Source: Candidatus Pacearchaeota archaeon | GTDB lineage: Archaea > Nanobdellota > Nanobdellia > Pacearchaeales > GW2011-AR1 | Length of the DNA stretch: 64,000 nucleotides | NCBI GenBank assembly: GCA_040879765.1 | Contig: JBBDJQ010000001.1 | Span: 271,747-335,746 of the forward strand | Direction: 5' to 3' | Part shown: in pieces, positions 57,859 to 64,000 of the stretch | How positions within the stretch are numbered: position 1 is the stretch's first letter | Layout: each line of letters begins with the position of its first letter | Program-made: the position numbers and the translations under genes | Notes under the pieces: model-generated | Seen by the model: only the letters and a program-made list of their open reading frames with translations | What the model was told of the DNA's origin: nothing | Database searches by the model: none

Positions 57859-59322
57859 ATGGCAATGTTAACAAAATCAAATTATTTACTGGGATTGCAA
57901 TGTCCTAAATTGCTTTGGGTGGCTAAGAATGATAAAGAGCGTATTCCAAAACCAACAGAAATAGAGCAGAAGAAATTTGATGATGGAACTTTGGTTGGAG
58001 AATTGGCTACTCAAGTATTTCCTAATGGAACAGATCTGTCAAAATTAGGGTTTAAAGAGAATATTGATAAAACAAAAGAAGCCATAAAAAATAAGGAAAT
58101 AATTTATGAAGCCGGATTTTTAGAAGACAATTTATTTTCTAGAGCAGATATTTTAAATCCTGTTGGAGACGAGTGGGATATAATAGAAGTTAAGTCAGCT
58201 ACAAAGGTTAAGGATATCAACCTTCACGATGTTGCTTTTCAAAAATATGTATATGAAAAAGCTGGGCTAAAAATTAGAAAGTGTTTCTTAATGCACATAA
58301 ATAATGAATATGTTAAAAATGGAGAAATTGAACCTTCGGAGTTATTTGTTCAAACAGATATAACCGAGAAGATAGAAGAATTTTCTGAAAATTTAAGATC
58401 CAACATTGAAAAAATGTTTAAAGTGATTGAGGGAGAAGAACCAGAATTTTGTATTGACGATATCCTAACGATAGAATACGGTAATATTTGTTTAGATGAT
58501 TTTATGGACTCTCTTCCAGAAAATAATATTTTTGAGTTTTATCGTATGTTAAAGAAAAAGATTGTTGAATTATATAAAGAAGGCTGTAAGTGTATGGACG
58601 ATGTTCCCGAATCAGTAAAACTTAACGAGAAACAAGCAATACAAAAAAGATTATGCTGTGACGGAGGAGTTCATATAAACAAACAAGGCATAAATAATTT
58701 TTTGAGAAATTTGGAATATCCTATTTACTATTTAGATTTTGAAACAATTAATCCTATACTTCCAAAATTTGAAGGAATGAAATCTTATCAAAGAATACCT
58801 TTTCAGTTTTCATTACATATACAAAAACAGAAAGGTGGAGAACTAAAACATATTTCTTTTTTAGCAGATGGGACAAGTGATCCGAGACCAAAGTTTATGC
58901 AATCTTTAAAAGATAATTTGGGAAATAAGGGAAGTGTCCTTGTTTATAATCAAGGATTTGAAAAAGGTGTTATGAATGAATGTGCAACAGCTTTTCCTGA
59001 ATTTAGGAAATGGTATGATGAGGTTATTTTACATAGGATAAAAGACCTCTGGGATGTCTTTAGAAACTTTGATTATTATGATCCAAAACAAAAGGGATCT
59101 TGTTCTATAAAATACGTATTGCCCGTAATGAGTGATTTGTCCTATAAAGATTTAGAACACGTCAAGAAGGGAGATCAGGCTTCTTTTGAATGGGAAAGAG
59201 TTACTTACAATGAAATTGACTATAAAGAAAAACAAAAGATAAGAGACGCTTTGGAAAAATATTGTTGTTTAGATACTCTTGCAGAAGTTAAGATTTTGGA
59301 TAAGCTGTATGAGGTTGTCTAA
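57859..59322 (+). CDS. DUF2779 protein (Cas4-like PD-(D/E)XK + RNase H-like exonuclease domains)
   Basis: TKS.Y..GLQCPK.LW, ADIL..IIEVKS, DVAFQ, YLDFET, YQRIPFQFSLH, YCCLD. Confidence 0.85.
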   Translation: MAMLTKSNYLLGLQCPKLLWVAKNDKERIPKPTEIEQKKFDDGTLVGELATQVFPNGTDLSKLGFKENIDKTKEAIKNKEIIYEAGFLEDNLFSRADILNPVGDEWDIIEVKSATKVKDINLHDVAFQKYVYEKAGLKIRKCFLMHINNEYVKNGEIEPSELFVQTDITEKIEEFSENLRSNIEKMFKVIEGEEPEFCIDDILTIEYGNICLDDFMDSLPENNIFEFYRMLKKKIVELYKEGCKCMDDVPESVKLNEKQAIQKRLCCDGGVHINKQGINNFLRNLEYPIYYLDFETINPILPKFEGMKSYQRIPFQFSLHIQKQKGGELKHISFLADGTSDPRPKFMQSLKDNLGNKGSVLVYNQGFEKGVMNECATAFPEFRKWYDEVILHRIKDLWDVFRNFDYYDPKQKGSCSIKYVLPVMSDLSYKDLEHVKKGDQASFEWERVTYNEIDYKEKQKIRDALEKYCCLDTLAEVKILDKLYEVV

Positions 59323-59399
59323 AATTAGAGTAGTTTCTTTATAAATAAATAAGATTAAAAACCTCTATTTATTACTTATAATGAGGTGTAAATTTTAAT

Positions 59400-60401
59400 A
59401 TGAAAAAGAGGTATAATGTCATTGATTTATTTTCTGGAGCAGGAGGTTTGTCTTTGGGATTTGAAAATGAAGGATTTGAAAATATATTTTCAATAGATTT
59501 GATGAAAGATTATTGTGACACATATAGAAAGAATTTTCCACATCACAAATTAATTCAAGAGGATATATTGAAATTAACTTCTGAAAAAATCAGAAAAATC
59601 CTTGGAAATAATAAAGTTGATGTAATTATTGGAGGTCCGCCCTGTCAAGGATTTAGTATGGCGGGGAATATTGGAAGAACTTTTATTGATGACCCAAGAA
59701 ATCATCTATTTAGAGAATTTGCAAGAGTTGTTTCAGTAGTAAAGCCTAAAATTTTTGTTATGGAGAATGTTGCAAGACTATTTACCCATAATAAGGGAAA
59801 AACAAAAGAAGAGATAATAGATTCATTTGAAAAATTGGGTTATAAGGTAGACTGCAAGATTTTATGTTCAGCCGATTATGGGGTTCCTCAGATAAGGAAC
59901 AGAGTTATTTTCATAGGAAATAAAATAAATAAAAAGAATATTTTCCCCCAAAAGAATGTTAAAAAATATAAAACAATTAAAGAAGCTATTGGAAATTTAC
60001 CTCAATTAAAATCAGGAGAAGTTTCAACTATTTCAAATCATCAAGCAATGAATCATACAGGGGATATGTTAAAAAAAATGGATTTTATCAAAGATGGAGG
60101 AGATAGGTTCCAAATACCAAATAATCTTAGACCTAAAAGTGGAGACATTAGAAAATACATAAAATACGATAGCTCCAAACCTTCTATCTGTATAACTGGG
60201 GATATGAGAAAAGTTTTTCATTATAATCAAAATAGGGCTTTAACAGTAAGAGAGCTAGCAAGAATACAATCTTTCCCAGATTCATTTTTATTTGAGGGAA
60301 ATAAAATTTCACAGCAACAACAAGTAGGGAATGCAGTTCCTCCCTTAATGGCTCAAGAAATTGCAAAGGAAATAAAAAAGATGTTAAAGAAAAATGAATA
60401 A
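59400..60401 (+). CDS. C5-cytosine DNA methyltransferase
   Basis: DLFSGAGG, GGPPCQGFS, ENV, PQIRNRV, RELARIQSFPD, VGNAVP. Confidence 0.96.
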   Translation: MKKRYNVIDLFSGAGGLSLGFENEGFENIFSIDLMKDYCDTYRKNFPHHKLIQEDILKLTSEKIRKILGNNKVDVIIGGPPCQGFSMAGNIGRTFIDDPRNHLFREFARVVSVVKPKIFVMENVARLFTHNKGKTKEEIIDSFEKLGYKVDCKILCSADYGVPQIRNRVIFIGNKINKKNIFPQKNVKKYKTIKEAIGNLPQLKSGEVSTISNHQAMNHTGDMLKKMDFIKDGGDRFQIPNNLRPKSGDIRKYIKYDSSKPSICITGDMRKVFHYNQNRALTVRELARIQSFPDSFLFEGNKISQQQQVGNAVPPLMAQEIAKEIKKMLKKNE

Positions 60402-61398
60402 ATTACCAAAGATAAATTTTATTGGAAATAAAGAGAAAATAGTAAGTTGGATATGCGAAAATATCCCTTCAGATGTAGAAACTATTTTTGATGCTTTTTC
60501 TGGAGGAGCATCTGTAAGTTATGAAGCAAAAAAAAGAGGTTTTAAGGTAATTAGTAATGATATCTTAAGTATAAATTATCTTTTATCTAAAGCAATAATT
60601 GAAAATAAAAAAGACACCTTTGATGAAAAAGATTTAAATCTTATATTTGAGGGAAAACCAATAAAAGGATTTATGTATAAAAATTATTCAGAAGTTTTTT
60701 TCTTCCCAAAAGAATGTATGGAATTAGATATATATAGAAAGAACATCGATAAATTAGATTCCGAAAATAAAAAAGCGTTAGCTTTTTCTTTAATTAGAAG
60801 AGCAATGATTCGTAAAATGCCTTATTCGAGATTTAATCTACCCTGGGATAAAATCAAACAACTTCGTGATGAAGAATATAGTTATAACAAATATAAAAGA
60901 AAAAGGGCATATCACAATAAGACAATCAAAGAACATTTTCTTGAGAACCTTCAAGAATATAATAAAGCAGTGTTTGATAATAATAAGAAAAACAAGGCAT
61001 ATAACAAAGATATTTTTGAGCTAATTCCTAAAATTAATGCAGACCTTATTTATTTGGACCCTCCTTATACGGGAACAATGAATAATTATTTTGGATTTTA
61101 TGGCTTAATCGATGAATATATTAAACAAGAGAAATTAAAACCCTTTAAAAATAATTTTATTGAAAAAAATAAATCCATTGAGCTTTTCGATAATTTATTC
61201 TCTAGACTAGGAAAATTTAAGTATTGGATTTTAAGTTATAATAATTCTTCATACCCCACTAAAGAGCAATTATTATCTTTATTGAAAAAATATTCCGATG
61301 ATGTTAAGGTTATAGAGAGGAAACATAATTATCAAGTAACTGGAAAATTGAAAAAAACTAAAAATAAAGAGTATCTTTTTATTGTTAAGAATAAATAA
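60394..61398 (+). CDS. N6-adenine DNA methyltransferase (D12/Dam-like)
   Basis: FIGNKEK, DAFSGGASV, ND, YLDPPY. Confidence 0.92.
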   Translation: MNKLPKINFIGNKEKIVSWICENIPSDVETIFDAFSGGASVSYEAKKRGFKVISNDILSINYLLSKAIIENKKDTFDEKDLNLIFEGKPIKGFMYKNYSEVFFFPKECMELDIYRKNIDKLDSENKKALAFSLIRRAMIRKMPYSRFNLPWDKIKQLRDEEYSYNKYKRKRAYHNKTIKEHFLENLQEYNKAVFDNNKKNKAYNKDIFELIPKINADLIYLDPPYTGTMNNYFGFYGLIDEYIKQEKLKPFKNNFIEKNKSIELFDNLFSRLGKFKYWILSYNNSSYPTKEQLLSLLKKYSDDVKVIERKHNYQVTGKLKKTKNKEYLFIVKNK

Positions 61399-61399
61399 A

Positions 61400-62464
61400 A
61401 TGGTCAAACAAAAAAATCAAGTATATGAAAAATATTGGAGCATAACTCTTGAATATACGGACATAAACGGAGAAAGATTTATAGGAACATTAAAAATAAT
61501 TGTCGACCATATTGATAAAAATAAGGGAAAATATTCCAAGGAAATTTATCAAGAATTACAAGAAAAAATCTATGAGAAATATCCAAAAAGAGACTATGCC
61601 TCTGTGAGAAAAAGTATAAATCAGTTTGTAAAATTGGGATTTATAAATTATAAATTAAAATCTTATAGTAAGGATTGTAAAACCTTTTTAGAAGCAAGAA
61701 CTAGTAGAAAAAGAAAGACGATCTTTTCCAAAATTGTTTACCAAAATTCAAGCTTTGACAGAGACATAACTAAGAAATCTGATAAAAGAGAAATCAACTT
61801 TTTATTAAAAACATTAGAAGAGGTTGGAAATTTATCCAAAGAAGATATTGTAGCTTTAATGACTCAAGAAATAGAAAAATATCCAAAAGGCTATCTTACC
61901 GAAGAGGAGTTATTAAAGGCTAAACAAAATGCAGAAGAAATTAGATTTCTTGAAAGAAAATATAATCAGGTAAGCCACTTCAGAACTGTTTTAGCTAAAT
62001 TAGATGATATCGTTTTTGTTTCTGGGAAGTTATATTTTGAAGATGATGCTAAAGTAATCTTTGGAGAGGACTTGAAAGAAGAAATAAAAACAAGGGATAA
62101 TTATCTACACAGACTTTATAAAAACCAATTAAAAGAAGAATCTGAAGAGAAAGAGGGGGAAATTATGTGTATGGTAGAACTATTAGACTATCCATCACTT
62201 GTGGCAAGCCATATAAAACCATTCATTAAATCAAATGAGGATGAAGCCTATGACCCAGAAAACGGATTATTATTAAGTAGAAATATGGATATTTTGTTTG
62301 ATCAGGGATATATTACTTTTTCAAATGAAGGTAAAATTATCCTTTCAAAAAGGTTATCACAAGATTTAAGAGAATTTCTTAAGGATTATACTTTAAAAAA
62401 GACTTATCTAACTCCAAAGAGATTAAGTTTTCTAAAATATCATAGAGAAAACGTCTTTCATTAA
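61400..62464 (+). CDS. HNH restriction endonuclease (type IIS-like)
   Basis: LVASHIKP...YDPENGLLLS..MD.LFD.G.I.F; coupled to two MTases. Confidence 0.85.
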   Translation: MVKQKNQVYEKYWSITLEYTDINGERFIGTLKIIVDHIDKNKGKYSKEIYQELQEKIYEKYPKRDYASVRKSINQFVKLGFINYKLKSYSKDCKTFLEARTSRKRKTIFSKIVYQNSSFDRDITKKSDKREINFLLKTLEEVGNLSKEDIVALMTQEIEKYPKGYLTEEELLKAKQNAEEIRFLERKYNQVSHFRTVLAKLDDIVFVSGKLYFEDDAKVIFGEDLKEEIKTRDNYLHRLYKNQLKEESEEKEGEIMCMVELLDYPSLVASHIKPFIKSNEDEAYDPENGLLLSRNMDILFDQGYITFSNEGKIILSKRLSQDLREFLKDYTLKKTYLTPKRLSFLKYHRENVFH

Positions 62465-62489
62465 ACATTTCAGACATATCAACACTTTT

Positions 62490-62670
62490 ACTCTGTATCT
62501 CCTATATATATATATAGGAGTTTTAGAGTGGTTTTATTGGTGGTGGTGTAATGGTGTTGATGATTGTGTGTGTAGTTTTGATGTGTGAATGTTAGTGTGT
62601 TTATAGTGGTTTGTGTGAAGTGTGTTTGGTGGTTGTTCTGGAAGTGTGTGTGGTTTGTGTGGGGTATATA
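62490..62670. other. Perfect 22-bp palindrome/cruciform followed by a G/T-rich, nearly C-free tract
   Basis: CTCCTATATATATATATAGGAG at 62499-62520; a single C on the + strand across 62503-62670. Confidence 0.9.
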
Positions 62671-62887
62671 CTACGATTCGTTAGACTGAAATGAATTTCA
62701 AACTTTCTTTAGTCATTGTGAATGTTTTCTTCACTTCTTTCTGTTAAAGTTTTCAATTTTTCTATATTTATTAAACGAATTTGTAAGATTATGTTGGAAT
62801 ATTGTGAGATATAGAGTTTAGTTAGGTTGTGATTAGGTAAAACCCAAGTATAATTAAGATTAAAAATAGTTAACTTATGATAATTTT

Positions 62888-63832
62888 ATGATAAAAGAAA
62901 CACAAGAAAAAATCTCAAGAAGCCTAAATAAAATAGGAATTGTAATTATATTTGCTTATTTTTCTTTAGTCTTATTTTTTCTAAGTTATTATATTCACGA
63001 ATTCGGGCATATTCTTTTTGGTTTACTAAATAATTTAATGCTGGGGGATGGTTGGTCTAAAATTGTTGTTTCACATTGGGTAAGTCATCCGTTAGTTCCT
63101 TTCTTGAAATTGCCTCAACAAACTATGATTTTATCAGGAAAAGGTTCTTTAAACTTTATTTGGGGAGGAATAATCTTCAGTATATTATTTTGGAGTTGGT
63201 TTTCTTGGGTAGGATATAGACAAACAAGGCAGAAATTATGGGGATTAATACCTATTGTAATAATACTCGGAGAGATATTTGGGAATTATTTCTGCGGAAC
63301 AGATAACTTAACGGGAAATCCCTTGTTTCTATGTTCATCCTTGAATCTTAATTTTTTTGTAACTTATGAACCCTTTATTTTTATGACAATACTAACAATT
63401 ATATTTATTCGCTCTAAATTATTTAGGAGATTTTACAATTATCTTGATAAATTACCAATCAGAATAAATAAAAGACTATGCAGAACTAAACCAATTACAA
63501 ATTTAAGAGAAATTAATCTTAATGATGGGAATAAAGAGAAGAAGCTAAATTATATTGCTGGAGTAAACAGGATTGGAGATTTAATTAATGGAGTTAATAG
63601 GGATATGGAGAATAAGGTTATAGTATTTGTTTCGATTTTATTTAGTGCATTGCTTGGGGCATTCTTAACCGCAAAAATGTATTTGCAATCTTTCATAACT
63701 TTTGGAATCTTGGTTTTAATACTAATGATTGTTTTGATAAAGGAATTAAAGGATAAAATAAATTTACAAAAACAGATGAATTATTTAGTTAAGGACGCTA
63801 AGGAAAAAGTCGGATTAGACTTGAGGCAATAG
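62888..63832 (+). CDS. Multi-pass membrane protein with HExxH (M50-like peptidase?)
   Basis: YYIHEFGH within a TM context; several TMs. Confidence 0.55.
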   Translation: MIKETQEKISRSLNKIGIVIIFAYFSLVLFFLSYYIHEFGHILFGLLNNLMLGDGWSKIVVSHWVSHPLVPFLKLPQQTMILSGKGSLNFIWGGIIFSILFWSWFSWVGYRQTRQKLWGLIPIVIILGEIFGNYFCGTDNLTGNPLFLCSSLNLNFFVTYEPFIFMTILTIIFIRSKLFRRFYNYLDKLPIRINKRLCRTKPITNLREINLNDGNKEKKLNYIAGVNRIGDLINGVNRDMENKVIVFVSILFSALLGAFLTAKMYLQSFITFGILVLILMIVLIKELKDKINLQKQMNYLVKDAKEKVGLDLRQ

Positions 63833-63840
63833 CTGAATAG

Positions 63841-63868
63841 TTAAGTATAAAAAGTTTAATATACTTAA
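63841..63868. promoter_or_regulatory. Inverted repeat, operator-like
   Basis: TTAAGTATA-N10-TATACTTAA upstream of an SD-like GAGGTG. Confidence 0.45.
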
Positions 63869-64000
63869 ATTTTAATGAGGTGGTGATCGGAGTTGTCCGT
63901 AAACAAGACCTCTGATTACTTCTTTAGAAACTAACAAATGAACTTTGTAATAAAACTGGCGGAAATTGTAGCGAATGTATCTTTGAGTATATCTAATCTA

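Larger units (their letters stand above)
47605..64000 (+). mobile_element. tRNA-Glu-integrated element (integrase + PolB/helicase replicon + defence cargo); right end not seen
   Basis: Integrase 300 bp from the tRNA 3' end; co-oriented non-housekeeping genes to the window end. Confidence 0.85.

Noticed and set aside
57859..59322. CRISPR-Cas or casposon call from the Cas4-like domain
   Set aside because: No Cas1/Cas2, no repeat-spacer array and no TIRs seen; the architecture fits DUF2779
62503..62670. Protein coding or CRISPR interpretation of the G/T tract
   Set aside because: No ORF in the track, stop codons on the - strand, and no fixed-length repeat-spacer periodicity
47605..64000. attR copy of the tRNA-Glu 3' end
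   Set aside because: No repeat of TCTCGGTCGGGGCG seen by eye; the right boundary is probably beyond the window or lost

Overview
AT-rich archaeal chromosome segment. The archaeal-type informational genes, BHB-type tRNA introns, many small membrane proteins and mostly leaderless genes suggest a DPANN (Pace-/Woesearchaeota-like) organism; this assignment is inference. Positions 1-47.6 kb are host backbone: PolB, FEN1, RFC-S/L, HerA-like ATPase, uS10, eL41, Ser/Thr/Trp/Phe-tRNA synthetases, DEAD-box helicase, Elp3 plus a Trm9-like MTase, LemA/HtpX, PEP synthase, PyrH, Rpp30, cupredoxins and four tRNAs (Asp, Thr with intron, Gln, Glu with a 122-nt intron). From the 3' end of tRNA-Glu (47604) to the window end lies an integrated element. 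It carries a tyrosine integrase, a replication module (Zn-ribbon protein, Sm-like protein, AAA+ helicase, protein-primed-type family B polymerase), stacked defence cargo (DUF4238, DUF559 nuclease, GmrSD, DUF2779, m5C + m6A MTases + HNH nuclease) and a non-coding cruciform plus 168-nt almost C-free G/T tract. It looks like a pipolin/casposon-analogous self-synthesizing element but matches neither as I know them. Backbone oddities: a phage-type DNA hypermodification enzyme (aGPT-Pplase1) and a NUDIX gene between rfcS and rfcL, a bacterial-type acyl carrier protein, a host PolB with rewritten nucleotide-selection motifs, a receptor-like degenerate nucleotide cyclase, a recurrent juxtamembrane TG-x-[VAI] motif, and a direct-repeat-flanked hairpin mini-insert at tRNA-Gln. 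All family calls are from visual motif recognition; no searches were run.
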